Of a stretch of 64,000 bases of DNA, positions 40,971 to 50,884 are shown one piece after another. How positions within the stretch are numbered: the first letter of the stretch is position 1; each line of letters opens with the position of its first letter. Under the pieces are notes generated by a model, which saw nothing but the letters and a program-made list of their open reading frames with translations, had not been told where the DNA came from and did not search any database. This stretch comes from an uncultured Desulfatitalea sp. (GTDB lineage Bacteria; Desulfobacterota; Desulfobacteria; Desulfobacterales; Desulfosarcinaceae), in the NCBI GenBank assembly GCA_963668675.2, contig CAXXMB010000001.1:96001-160000 (forward strand). The letters are read 5' to 3'. The position numbers and the translations under genes are program-made.

Positions 40971-40986
40971 AGCTCATTTTTCCAGA

Positions 40987-42390
40987 TTACACCGGCAGAA
41001 ACGTTACGCCCAGGGCGAAGATGATGAACGACCAGAGCATGGCCACGAACGTATAGCCCATGATGTCACGCGCCTGAAGCCGGCAGCCTGCTGCCACGAC
41101 AGGGAAGAAGGCCAGTGTCCAGAACGGCTGGATCATGTTGGTCCAGCTGTCACCGTATCCCACCGCCATGGCTACTTTGGCAATGAAGGCCTGGGTGGCT
41201 TCGACCGTGAAACCAGCATTGGCCGCCACGGCCTTGGCCGCCTCCACGATCGGTTGGCCGACCACGGCCCATTCTCCACCGCCGGACGGTACGAATATGT
41301 TCAAGAGTCCGCCGGTAAGAAAGGCCACGAAGGGAAAGGTGGCCGTTGAGGTGGCTGCTGCCAGCGATGTGGCCACCTGCTTGCCCAATCCGGTATAGAT
41401 CATGATGCCCATGATACCGGCGTAAAACGGGAATTGAAGAATAATGCCCGAGACGTTGGAGCAGGCTCGCTTCATGGCCACCACGTAGCGGATCGGTGTC
41501 TTGTGGGCCAGCATGCCCACGATGATGAAGATGAAGTTCATGATGTCCAGGTTGATGTCGAACCCTTTGTTCCAGAAATGGGAAACGATGATATAGATGC
41601 CCATTAGGACCACCAGCAGACTTATGATCCAGGAAGAGTTCAGGACATCGCTGAGGCATCTGTCCCGCAGACAGAGTGCCTTGGCTTCCTCCTCGACGCT
41701 TATTTGCTGGCTTGTCGCATCTCCTTCGCGCAAATCATCGAACGTTTGGACCTTGTCTTCGGGAGGACGCATCATCATGAAGAGCATGGGCAGTGTGATG
41801 AGCAGGGCCAGGTTGACCACAATGTTCATGGTGCTGGCCAGGGTCAGCGTGGTGGGGATGATCTCGGTGAGCACGCCGGCCTTCATCAGAAAGTTTTCCG
41901 GCGTATTGATCACCAGGGGAATGGATCCGGAGAGCCCGCCGTGCCATGGAAGAAAAGAGGCATACACTGCCGCGGCCGTCAAGCGGTAGTCCACCCCTTT
42001 GACCCGCATGGAGAGCTCCCGGGCCAGCACCGCCGTCAGCACGATCCAGCCCCACGAGATCAATGAAAAGATCTGCCCGACGAAAAGCACGCTGGCGTAG
42101 ACCCACATCGGGGTACTGATGCGTGCGGCCAGCCAGTCGATCAGTCGGCTGGCGATTGGACTGATGGCGATGGCGTATCCGGTGACCAGGATCAATACCA
42201 TCTGCATGGCAAACTTCAGCAGGATCCAGAACCCTTTGTACCAGGCTTGGGCGATTTTGACCGGCCCGACGTCCATGGCGAACAACGCCCACACCGCCGC
42301 AATGAGGGTAAGGATCAATGCAAAGATGAAGGAATCCGGCAACCAACGTCTGAACCGCTCTGCAAAAAAAGATCCGATCTGGCCTAACAT
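40987..42390 (-). CDS. atoE: Short-chain fatty acid transporter (AtoE family)
   Basis: RWLPDSFIF, FAMQM, VDYR, WHGGLSGS, QFPFYAGIMG, VPSGGGEWAV, GDSWTNMIQPFW; start moved to 42390. Confidence 0.88.
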   Translation of the reverse strand: MLGQIGSFFAERFRRWLPDSFIFALILTLIAAVWALFAMDVGPVKIAQAWYKGFWILLKFAMQMVLILVTGYAIAISPIASRLIDWLAARISTPMWVYASVLFVGQIFSLISWGWIVLTAVLARELSMRVKGVDYRLTAAAVYASFLPWHGGLSGSIPLVINTPENFLMKAGVLTEIIPTTLTLASTMNIVVNLALLITLPMLFMMMRPPEDKVQTFDDLREGDATSQQISVEEEAKALCLRDRCLSDVLNSSWIISLLVVLMGIYIIVSHFWNKGFDINLDIMNFIFIIVGMLAHKTPIRYVVAMKRACSNVSGIILQFPFYAGIMGIMIYTGLGKQVATSLAAATSTATFPFVAFLTGGLLNIFVPSGGGEWAVVGQPIVEAAKAVAANAGFTVEATQAFIAKVAMAVGYGDSWTNMIQPFWTLAFFPVVAAGCRLQARDIMGYTFVAMLWSFIIFALGVTFLPV

Positions 42391-42431
42391 GGCGTCCTCC
42401 TTTCGGTAGTGTCCATCCACCAATGATCTTT

Positions 42432-42581
42432 TTACGCGATTTCGACGTTGACCGCGCAGATCCGGTCCTCAACAGGGTCGGGGTGCGCCAATGGTTCGAT
42501 GTTTCGGTGCGCCTGGAATGAACGCAAAAATGCCATATCCGTAGATCGACACTGGTAAATAGTTGGTTTTCGACCACGCAT
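42432..42581 (-). other. 49-codon ORF with RBS, possible deleted remnant of an acetoacetate-CoA ligase duplicate
   Basis: AAGGGAG RBS; MRGRKPTIYQCRSTDMAFLRSFQAHRNIEPLAHPDPVEDRICAVNVEIA weakly resembles both termini of the upstream ligase. Confidence 0.3.
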
Positions 42582-42685
42582 ATTATCTCCCTTCCGGATT
42601 GATGTATCCGTCCCGCTTGAACGAGGCTTTTATTCGCCGTCGCCATCGCGGACCGGAGCACCCACGCCGAAAGGATAAAGCGGCG

Positions 42686-44647
42686 CTATTGGTTCAACGC
42701 TTCGATACCTTCATACTGCTTGAGGCAGTCGGGGTTGGCCAAGGCGTCCCGGTTGGTGACGGGATCCCCGTGAATAACATTGCGCACGGCCAGTTCGACC
42801 TTTTTCATATTGATGGTATAGGGGATCTCCTGCACCTGAATGACCTTTGCCGGCACATGGCGCGGGCTGCAGGTGTCTCGAATGTTTTTTCGGATCTTGT
42901 TGATCAGGGGCTCATCCAATGTGAGATCATTGGCGAGCGTGACGAAGAGGACCACGCGTACATCGTCTTGCCACTTCTGGCCTACCACGACGCTGTCGGC
43001 TACCTCTTCCATGGTCTCTAGTGCGGTGTAGATGTCGGCGGTGCCGATGCGGACGCCGCCGGGATTGAGGGTGGCATCGCTGCGTCCGTAGATGGTGATG
43101 CCGCGCGTCTGGCTATTGATGCTGATGAAGTCGCCATGCGTCCAGACGCCAGGGTACTTCGTAAAGTAGGCGTTTCGGTAGCGTTCTCCATCCGGATCGT
43201 TCCAGAAGTAAACCGGCATGCTGGGAAACGCCCGGGTGCATACCAGCTCTCCGGTCTGATCGTACACCGGCTGTCCGCTATCGTCATAGGCCTGGACATT
43301 TAGCCCCAATCCTGGTCCCTGGAGCTCTCCGGCGTGGACCGGGAGCAGGGGCGTACCCAGGGCGAAGCAGCCGTTGAGGTCGGTGCCGCCGCTGATCGAG
43401 GCCAACTGCATCTCCTTTTTGATGGCACGGTAGGCGTACTCGAAACCCGATACGGAGAGCGGGGAGCCGGTTGAGCAGATCATGCGCAGCCGTTCCAGAT
43501 TGCAGTCCTTGCCGGGTTCATAGCCGGCTTCATCCAGGGCCGTGATGTATCTTGCACTGGTGCCGAAGATGGTGATGCCCACCTGCTCGGCGAGCTTCCA
43601 GAGCACTTCAGGCCCCGGGTGAAAGGGCGAGCCGTCGTACAGGACCAGGGATGCGCCCGCGGCCAAACCGCACACCAGCCAATTCCACATCATCCAGCCG
43701 CAGGTGGTAAAGTAGAAGAGCACATCGTCACGCCCCAGGTCGCAATGCAGCAGGTGCTCTTTGAACTGATTCAGCAGGATACCGGCATGGCTCTGAACCA
43801 TACACTTGGGTTTGCCCGTCGTTCCGGAGCTGTACATGATATAGAGCGGATGTTCCGCCGGCAGCTGAACAAACGTAATCTCTTCCGGCGTGTGGGGCGC
43901 CAGAAAGGCTCCCCAGGATATGGCGTTGGGGACCTTGTCCAGGTCCGGTTGGTCGGTGGTGTAGCTCACCACGACCACCTTTTCCACCTTGGGGAGATGG
44001 CTCAGGATGCCACCGACCCGCTCGAGACTGTCGAAAGCCTTCCCATTGTAAAAGTAGCCGTCGCAGGTGACGAGTACCTTGGGTTCGATCTGGCCGAAGC
44101 GATCGAGCACACCCTTGATACCGAAATCGGGCGAGGACGAAGACCATATGGCGCCCAGACTCGCGGTGGCCAGCATCGCAATAATGGTTTGAGGCATGTT
44201 GGGCATAAAGCCCGCTACTCGGTCCCCCTTGACCACACCGGATGCCGCAAGGGCCTGGGCCATGCGGCTCACCTCCTTATAGAGTTGCCGGTAGGAGTAG
44301 GTGACCTGCGGCTGACCCTCGCCCTGGAAAATCAGGGCGGTCCGATCGTCCCGATAGCGCAGCAGGTTTTCGGCGAAGTTGAGTTCGGCCCCGGCAAACC
44401 ATTTTGCGCCCGGCATTTGGGACTGATCGCTGACCACTTCATCGTATGATTTGCTGGCAATGATACCGGCAAATTCCCAGAACAGGCCCCAGAACTCGGG
44501 AATGTGGTCCACAGACCATTGCCAGAGCTGGTGATAGTCCGAAAGGGCAAGGCTGTAGCGTCGGTTGACCTCGTCCATGAAGCGCATCATTTTTGAGTTT
44601 CGGATAAACGCTTCCGAGGGTTGCCAAAGGGTTTTCGGATGTTTCAT
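42686..44647 (-). CDS. Acetoacetate--CoA ligase
   Basis: LNFAENLL, YSSGTTGKPKC, TTCGWMMWNW, SISGGTD, GRSDATLNPGGVRIGT, KKVELAV. Confidence 0.93.
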   Translation of the reverse strand: MKHPKTLWQPSEAFIRNSKMMRFMDEVNRRYSLALSDYHQLWQWSVDHIPEFWGLFWEFAGIIASKSYDEVVSDQSQMPGAKWFAGAELNFAENLLRYRDDRTALIFQGEGQPQVTYSYRQLYKEVSRMAQALAASGVVKGDRVAGFMPNMPQTIIAMLATASLGAIWSSSSPDFGIKGVLDRFGQIEPKVLVTCDGYFYNGKAFDSLERVGGILSHLPKVEKVVVVSYTTDQPDLDKVPNAISWGAFLAPHTPEEITFVQLPAEHPLYIMYSSGTTGKPKCMVQSHAGILLNQFKEHLLHCDLGRDDVLFYFTTCGWMMWNWLVCGLAAGASLVLYDGSPFHPGPEVLWKLAEQVGITIFGTSARYITALDEAGYEPGKDCNLERLRMICSTGSPLSVSGFEYAYRAIKKEMQLASISGGTDLNGCFALGTPLLPVHAGELQGPGLGLNVQAYDDSGQPVYDQTGELVCTRAFPSMPVYFWNDPDGERYRNAYFTKYPGVWTHGDFISINSQTRGITIYGRSDATLNPGGVRIGTADIYTALETMEEVADSVVVGQKWQDDVRVVLFVTLANDLTLDEPLINKIRKNIRDTCSPRHVPAKVIQVQEIPYTINMKKVELAVRNVIHGDPVTNRDALANPDCLKQYEGIEALNQ

Positions 44648-44688
44648 GAGACCTCCTCATAGCCCAAGCTGTTGCCCCCTTAGGGGAA

Positions 44689-45624
44689 TTAAAAGGCGAC
44701 GTTCTCAAGACCCTTGAGATTCAGTATCTCCCTGGCTTCGGCCGGGGTTGCCGTCTCCACACCCAGTTCGCCGGCGATCCGCTTCAGCTTGGCCACCTGC
44801 TCGCCACTGCTTTTGGCCAGGACGCCCTTCTCCAGGTAAAGATTGTCCTCGAGGCCCACGCGCGCGTGGCCGCCCATGAGCAGGGCATGGGTGGTCATGG
44901 CAAACTGGGTGCGGCCCGCGGCACACACCGACCATTGAAAATCGTCGATCTGCTGCCGTGCGGTTTGCACCAGATAGACCAGGTTCTCTACCGTGGCCGG
45001 AATGCCGCCCAGAATGCCCAGCACAAATTGCAGGTAGACCGGTTTTCGGATGTGGCCGGCTTCGATCAGATGGGCCAGGTTATTGATCATGCCCACATCG
45101 TAGATCTCGAACTCCGGTTTGGTTCCGTACTCGCCCATCAACTCGGTAAACTTGCGCATGGTGTAGAAAGTGTTGGGAAAGATGAAATCTTCGGTGCCTG
45201 CCAGGTATTGCTCTTCCCAGTCGTGCTTCCACCGGCCCGCATATTTTTCGGCCACATGGAACAGGGCAAAGTTCATGGAGCCGGCATTCAGGCTTGCCAA
45301 TTCGGGCTTCAGGCTGGAAACCACCCGGGCCCGGTTCTCCACGCTGTCGCCCAGGCTGCCGCCGGTGGTGGCGCAAATAACGATGTCGCACTGCCGCTTG
45401 ACCTCTGTGGCCACCTCCATGAAGATATCCTGATCCGCCATGGGCTGACCGCTCTTGGGGTCGCGGACATGCAGGTGCGCCACGGCGCCCCCGGCCTTGT
45501 ATACACTCATGATGTCATCAACCAACTGCTGCGGCGTGATCGGCAGGTGTGGTGACATGGTCGGGGTGTGAATGGCGCCGGTGACGGCGGCGGTGATGAT
45601 CGCTTTTCGGGAGGGGTTCCCCAT
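44689..45624 (-). CDS. Beta-keto acid cleavage enzyme (BKACE / Kce family)
   Basis: IITAAVTG, LPITP, HLHVRD, PELASLNAGS, PEFEIYD, RVGLEDN. Confidence 0.9.
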   Translation of the reverse strand: MGNPSRKAIITAAVTGAIHTPTMSPHLPITPQQLVDDIMSVYKAGGAVAHLHVRDPKSGQPMADQDIFMEVATEVKRQCDIVICATTGGSLGDSVENRARVVSSLKPELASLNAGSMNFALFHVAEKYAGRWKHDWEEQYLAGTEDFIFPNTFYTMRKFTELMGEYGTKPEFEIYDVGMINNLAHLIEAGHIRKPVYLQFVLGILGGIPATVENLVYLVQTARQQIDDFQWSVCAAGRTQFAMTTHALLMGGHARVGLEDNLYLEKGVLAKSSGEQVAKLKRIAGELGVETATPAEAREILNLKGLENVAF

Positions 45625-45651
45625 TTTTTATGCTCTCCTTTTCAATGTGCG

Positions 45652-46209
45652 CTAAGGGACGTAAATAACCATGACGCATTTGACATCGCGATGATCGTCA
45701 GGAATACCATAGTGCGGGATACCGGAGTCGAAATAGACGCAATCGCCCGGTTCCAGGATGTAGACATCGTCTCCGTGAAATAAGCGCATGCGCCCTTCGA
45801 CGACCAGCATCATCTCTTCACCTTCGTGTTGAAAAACCTCGCTCCTCTTGGAATCGGAGGGAATGGTGAGGATGGAAGGTATCATCTTTTTGTTCGGATA
45901 GCTGTGCGCCAGGGTTTCGTACGAATATCCGAAGTCGACGCCTGTCTTGGCCATCACGTGACGTTCCGACTTTCTGACCACGGCACATCGGTTGACCGTG
46001 GTTTCATCGCCAAAAATATCGGAAAGGGCTACACCCAACGCCTTTGCGATAACAATCAGGGTGGATACGGGCGGAGATTTTTTCGAGTTTTCGACTTTGG
46101 ACAAGTAGCCTTTGGTGTGGCCTGTTTTTTCAGCGAGTGCCTCAAGGGTGAGTTTACGGGAGATTCGAATCGATTTGATACTCTTTCCTATTTGGGATTC
46201 TTCTATCAT
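45652..46209 (-). CDS. XRE-family HTH regulator with cupin sensor domain
   Basis: LTLEALAEKTG-x-TKGYLSKVEN HTH; HEGEE...LEPGDCVYFDS-x-x-PH cupin. Confidence 0.9.
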   Translation of the reverse strand: MIEESQIGKSIKSIRISRKLTLEALAEKTGHTKGYLSKVENSKKSPPVSTLIVIAKALGVALSDIFGDETTVNRCAVVRKSERHVMAKTGVDFGYSYETLAHSYPNKKMIPSILTIPSDSKRSEVFQHEGEEMMLVVEGRMRLFHGDDVYILEPGDCVYFDSGIPHYGIPDDHRDVKCVMVIYVP

Positions 46210-46228
46210 AAGGGCAGTACTTATTATA

Positions 46229-46516
46229 ATTCAACTTTCGGTGTTCAGGATCCGGTGAGTCCAATGGGTGGTCTGCACCTAAACGGCACTATTAACCCGG
46301 CAATTAATTACCTTAGCAATCGTCATTCCGGCGCAGGCCGGGCACGCAGTGAAGCCTTGGCGCTATCCAGACCGTTCCTGGATCCCGGATCAAGTCCGGG
46401 ATGACAAAGGTTGGCCTATTTAATTGCCGGTTTAATAACATGCAATGCTGACCAGGTGCAGACCATCCACTGGACTCACCTCCGTATATGGATTAAGCCA
46501 AACCCGGAGGTTGAGA
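46229..46516. mobile_element. MITE-like repeat family A copy 2 (internally shorter, interrupted)
   Basis: Shares TCAACTTTC end, GAGTCCA-x-TGGGTGG arm, CGGCACTA, CATGCAATGCTGAC and CCACTGGACTC with 40613-40859. Confidence 0.75.
46292..46435. mobile_element. Nested 144-bp MITE with TA target-site duplication
   Basis: TIRs TTAACCCGGCAATTAA / TTAATTGCCGGTTTAA (15/16); TA at 46290-91 and 46436-37 where copy 1 has a single TA; internal GTCATTCCGG...CCGGGATGAC palindrome. Confidence 0.8.
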
Positions 46517-46548
46517 TTTATATTCAAGTATAGAATATTTGAGAACTT

Positions 46549-46592
46549 GGTTTCCTGACAGGAAACCTACGGCGCTGCGGATTGTGTGTCAA
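46549..46592 (-). promoter_or_regulatory. sigma70-like promoter overlapped by a perfect operator palindrome
   Basis: TTGACA (46592-46587)-N17-TAGGTT (46569-46564); GGTTTCCTG-A-CAGGAAACC at 46549-46567. Confidence 0.65.
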
Positions 46593-46740
46593 GATCTTTT
46601 ATGCGGGTGGTTTCAAGGGGGCTGCGCCTGGGAGATGATTTGGCTTTGGAACCTCTATTGGCCTTTGCTGAAATGACCATCTGTAGCAGGAAGGGTGCGG
46701 GATAACTGCCGCCCGCGCCCTTCCCGGGAGTGAAAAATCC

Positions 46741-47691
46741 TTAGAAGTGATAGACAAACCGCAGGTTGAACCGCTCGCCTTCGGGGCGGTTTTCGGCCTC
46801 CGTTTCGAAATAGGCGTTGAAGAACAGATGGGCATCTTTACTGATATGCCACAGCAGCCCGGGGCCGATGGCCAGCACCTGTTCGCGCTGGTCATCCACC
46901 TTGTTGCCGTCCACTTCGAAATCGGTGATCTGTTTGAGATAGTAGCCGTTGATACCTATCCGCAACATGGGAAGGATCTGGTAGGCGGTTGCAAAATTGA
47001 GGTGGACCGCCTGGCCCGCCTGGGTATCGTCAACTGCTCCGGAAAATCGGTTGGGGTCGTCGTTCTTTGCATTCCAGAGATAATGAATCCGCGTTGAAGC
47101 CGTCCATTTCGGTGTGATAAACAGGGTGCCGGCCCAATAGGGGTTGAAGGAGAAAAAGTTGCTGCCCGGGTTCAGTTCCTTGTCTTCGTCATATTTGCCG
47201 GTGGGCAGGATGAACTGCAATTCGACGCGGTGCATGAAGCGCGGTCCGTTGGCTCCCATCGTTGGACCCCACTGCAGGTAGGGGCCGACCAGCAGGTCGC
47301 CCAGACCGTTGCCGTTGTCCTCAGGACCTCCGCCGCTGTAGGAGGCATCCAGAAAGACATAGGGGATGATCACGTCCAGCCCCCATTTACCTCCGGCCAA
47401 GATCGCTTGGTCGGACTGGTAGAGGAATTGGGTCAGGCTGATCCAGGCTTCGAGGTCCTCATCGTTTACGCCACCAAAGAGATTGTCTCCGTTTTGATCG
47501 GTATAGTCATCGGACGTCCAGCGTTGCAGGTACTGGGTAAAATAGAAACCGGGGCCGGCCGGCGGTCCGCCGTCCATGAAGCTGGTAAACCCAAGGTTCA
47601 CCGACGGCAGGTCATAAGCCCCCACCGGTGCTGCGACGAACACAAATGCCAAAACCAATCCAATACCTATCCATTCACGCAATCGTTTCAT
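46741..47691 (-). CDS. SphA / phenol MetA-pathway family outer-membrane transporter
   Basis: Signal peptide; [47 protein letters not shown]; terminal Phe. Confidence 0.82.
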   Translation of the reverse strand: MKRLREWIGIGLVLAFVFVAAPVGAYDLPSVNLGFTSFMDGGPPAGPGFYFTQYLQRWTSDDYTDQNGDNLFGGVNDEDLEAWISLTQFLYQSDQAILAGGKWGLDVIIPYVFLDASYSGGGPEDNGNGLGDLLVGPYLQWGPTMGANGPRFMHRVELQFILPTGKYDEDKELNPGSNFFSFNPYWAGTLFITPKWTASTRIHYLWNAKNDDPNRFSGAVDDTQAGQAVHLNFATAYQILPMLRIGINGYYLKQITDFEVDGNKVDDQREQVLAIGPGLLWHISKDAHLFFNAYFETEAENRPEGERFNLRFVYHF

Positions 47692-47957
47692 CGTCTCCTC
47701 CTTTTTTTGAATTCAGCGCCTTACCTTAAGAATGATCGCCTCCTCAAACCTCATCCCGGGGATGAAGTCAAGCGTTTCTGCCGAATCACATGGGGCCGTT
47801 TGGCATTGGAGTCTCGCGGTGAAGATGGCTGAAAGTCTTGCATGCCAATCGTTTCTGACGTATCGTTATTCATATCGCTTGTCTGAATTTTTTCATGCGC
47901 CTGTAAATTGTTCCATCGACGAAGAACTCATGTTTCATTCATCATGGAGACATGGCG

Positions 47958-49484
47958 ATGAAAACGAAACCCAACGATAGCAAGAAGCCGCTCAATGTGG
48001 CCATTGTCGGTGGCGGCAAGACATGTAAATATTTCCTCGAGCAACTGCAGCAAGACCTGCTCCCCTATCTTCATATCAATATTGTGGGCGTCTGCGATAT
48101 CAACGACACTGCCGAAGGGGTGGTGCTCGCCCGGAAAATGAACATCTACACGACCGATAATTATAAAGATCTATTTAAAATCAAGGACCTGGACGGGATT
48201 CTTGAATTGACCAACAGCAGGGATGTTCTGCTCGAACTGATCAATCTCAGGCCCCGACGCGTGGGCATCATCGAGCACAATATCGGCCAGCTCATGAAAA
48301 GCCTGTTTCAAATCCATCAACAGTTGAAATCGGCGGAGCGCCAGGCGGTGCTTGAACGAACGATATCGGATTTTGTTATCCAGCAAGTCAACGACAAGGT
48401 CGTTATCCTGAGTCCCGATTTTACCGTCATCAATGCCAACGAGGCCTACCTGAAGAGCCTGAACAAGACCAAGGAAGCGGTCATTGGTGCAAGCTGCTAC
48501 GAGGTTACTTTCGGTCTGGATGTTCCCTGCGCCAGTTCGCAAACCGGTATTAAATGCCCCATGCTCGAAACCCTTAAAACAGGCCAATCGGCGCATGTGA
48601 TATTCGAGCATCCATCCGCGGATGGCCATTTGATGTACAGCGACCTGATCACTTATCCTGTGAAAGATCCGCGGGGCAAAATCGTGCAGATCGTCGAAAT
48701 ATGGCGCGATATCACCCAAGAGCTTGTCCCGACCTGGGAAAAAAGAATGGATCGGCTCAAATCCGACATCAACAAGCTGGTCCAGGAAGACCGAATGATA
48801 TCCCTGGGTAAATTGGTGGCCAGCTGCGTCCACGAGATCAACAATCCGATCCAGGGGCTGTTGACCTTCAGCTATCTGATAAAAAACATGCTGGAAGAGG
48901 GGAGGCCGTCGGATGCTACACTGGAAGAGATACAAAAGCATATCGACATCATGTGCAAAGAGCTCGAGCGCTGTGGTCACATCGTATCGGGCCTGCTCTC
49001 TTTCTCACGCGACGCCTCTCAAAAATTTTTACCGACGGACATCAATGAGGTCGTTCAATCCACCATCACTTTGACCCACCATAAAATGGCGCTGCAAAAC
49101 ATACGTCTCTCCCTGGATTTGAGCGCGGAACCGTTGATCGTCTATGGCGCCTCCGGTAGACTGGAACAGTGTTTTCTCAACCTGGTGTTCAACGCCATTG
49201 AAGCGATGCCCGATGGCGGACAGCTGTCGATCGAAACGATATGGGAAAAAGAGGGGCATCAGGCGATATTCCGGATCAGGGATCAGGGGAATGGAATTCC
49301 CGATGGCCAACTGGGCAACATTTTCGATCCTTTTTATACGACCAAGGGGCCTGGTGAGGGTACCGGCTTGGGTCTTTCGATCGTATATGGGGTGGTGAAA
49401 AATCACGGTGGCGACATAAAAGTCGAGAGCGAACCGGAAAACGGATGTTGCTTTGAATTGGTGTTTCCCATTTACAGGCCATGA
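47958..49484 (+). CDS. Cytoplasmic sensor histidine kinase (Rossmann-like + PAS + HisKA + HATPase)
   Basis: VAIVGGG N-terminus; HEINNP H-box; NLVFNA, DQGNGI, FDPFYTTK, GTGLGL; no TM segment. Confidence 0.9.
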   Translation: MKTKPNDSKKPLNVAIVGGGKTCKYFLEQLQQDLLPYLHINIVGVCDINDTAEGVVLARKMNIYTTDNYKDLFKIKDLDGILELTNSRDVLLELINLRPRRVGIIEHNIGQLMKSLFQIHQQLKSAERQAVLERTISDFVIQQVNDKVVILSPDFTVINANEAYLKSLNKTKEAVIGASCYEVTFGLDVPCASSQTGIKCPMLETLKTGQSAHVIFEHPSADGHLMYSDLITYPVKDPRGKIVQIVEIWRDITQELVPTWEKRMDRLKSDINKLVQEDRMISLGKLVASCVHEINNPIQGLLTFSYLIKNMLEEGRPSDATLEEIQKHIDIMCKELERCGHIVSGLLSFSRDASQKFLPTDINEVVQSTITLTHHKMALQNIRLSLDLSAEPLIVYGASGRLEQCFLNLVFNAIEAMPDGGQLSIETIWEKEGHQAIFRIRDQGNGIPDGQLGNIFDPFYTTKGPGEGTGLGLSIVYGVVKNHGGDIKVESEPENGCCFELVFPIYRP

Positions 49485-49525
49485 TCCGGGATGCCTGAAG
49501 GGAGGCCCGGCGCAGGAGGATCTCA

Positions 49526-50881
49526 ATGAAAGAGACGATGCGAATCATGATCGTTGATGATGAAAGGATCATTCGAGAATCATTTCTCAACTGGTTTGCC
49601 AAATACGGCTTTTGTGTCGATGTCGCATCATCCGGTTTGGAAGCATTGGACAAACTAGAGAAGAACTCTTTTGACCTGCTGTTTGTCGATGTCAAAATGC
49701 CGGGAATGGATGGTATTGAACTGCTTGAACGGGTGAAGGCCGACGCTCCAGACACCGAGGTCGTTATCATTACGGCCTACGGCTCGATTGATACGGCGGT
49801 GAAAGCCATGAAAATGGGCGCTGTCGATTACCTGCTCAAACCCTTCAAACCGGATCAGCTCTCCCTCGTGCTCGAAAAAGTCACCCAGCAAAAGAAGCGA
49901 TCAATGCACTATCGCTATCTGAAAAGCCACCTGAAGCAGATGACCCGGTTTGACAATATCATCGGCCAATCACCACCGATGAAGAAGATCTTTCACTTGA
50001 TTCTTGAAGTTTCGAAAACCGAAGCATCGATCTTAATCACTGGCGAAACAGGCACAGGCAAAGAACTGGTTGCACGCGCCATTCATGCCAAAAGTGCTCG
50101 CGCACAGCATCCGTTCATCGCGTTGAACTGTGGTGCCATTCCGGACTCACTGCTCGAAGCCGAACTGTTCGGGCATCAAAAAGGCGCCTACACCGGTGCC
50201 ACCCAGCGCCGCAAGGGCTATTTTGAAGTGGTGTCCGGCGGGACACTCTTCTTGGATGAGATTGGAGAAATCAGCCACAAGATGCAGGTGGATCTGTTGC
50301 GGGTACTGGAAGAGAAGAAGATCAAGCAGCTTGGCAGCGCCTATATGGTCGATGTGGACTTTCGCTTAATCTGCGCCACGCGGCAGAATCTAAAGAAGAA
50401 GATCGAAAAGAGAGAATTCAGGGAGGATCTTTTCTATCGAATGAATGTGATCACCATCGAGATACCGCCCTTGCGTGAACGAAAAAGCGACATTTCTCTA
50501 TTGGTCGACCATTTCATCGACAAATACAATGAGGAGACCAATAAAAAAGTGGATCGTGTGGCACCTGAAGCGTTGCAGTTGATCATGGCCTATGACTGGC
50601 CTGGGAATGTGCGCGAACTGAGAAATGCCATTGAACGTGCGGTCGTCCTTTCGAAGTCACATGTCCTGGGTTTGGAAAGCTTCCGTTTCCTCCAATCAAC
50701 TGCGGCACCCGTTTTGGATGCCAGATCTCTTGTGGAGATGGAGAAGCGGCATATAGGACGCATTCTGGATCAATGTGACGGCAATGTGAGCCAAGCCGCT
50801 CGTGTCTTGGAGATTAATCGTGCCACTTTGCACAAAAAGATCAAACGGTATGGCTTTTCAAAACGCTCGGAAAATGTCTGA
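49526..50881 (+). CDS. sigma54-dependent response regulator (NtrC family)
   Basis: REC (VDDE, DVKMPGMDG), GETGTGKE, GAYTGA, FLDEIGE, WPGNVREL, Fis HTH. Confidence 0.93.
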   Translation: MKETMRIMIVDDERIIRESFLNWFAKYGFCVDVASSGLEALDKLEKNSFDLLFVDVKMPGMDGIELLERVKADAPDTEVVIITAYGSIDTAVKAMKMGAVDYLLKPFKPDQLSLVLEKVTQQKKRSMHYRYLKSHLKQMTRFDNIIGQSPPMKKIFHLILEVSKTEASILITGETGTGKELVARAIHAKSARAQHPFIALNCGAIPDSLLEAELFGHQKGAYTGATQRRKGYFEVVSGGTLFLDEIGEISHKMQVDLLRVLEEKKIKQLGSAYMVDVDFRLICATRQNLKKKIEKREFREDLFYRMNVITIEIPPLRERKSDISLLVDHFIDKYNEETNKKVDRVAPEALQLIMAYDWPGNVRELRNAIERAVVLSKSHVLGLESFRFLQSTAAPVLDARSLVEMEKRHIGRILDQCDGNVSQAARVLEINRATLHKKIKRYGFSKRSENV

Positions 50882-50884
50882 CCC

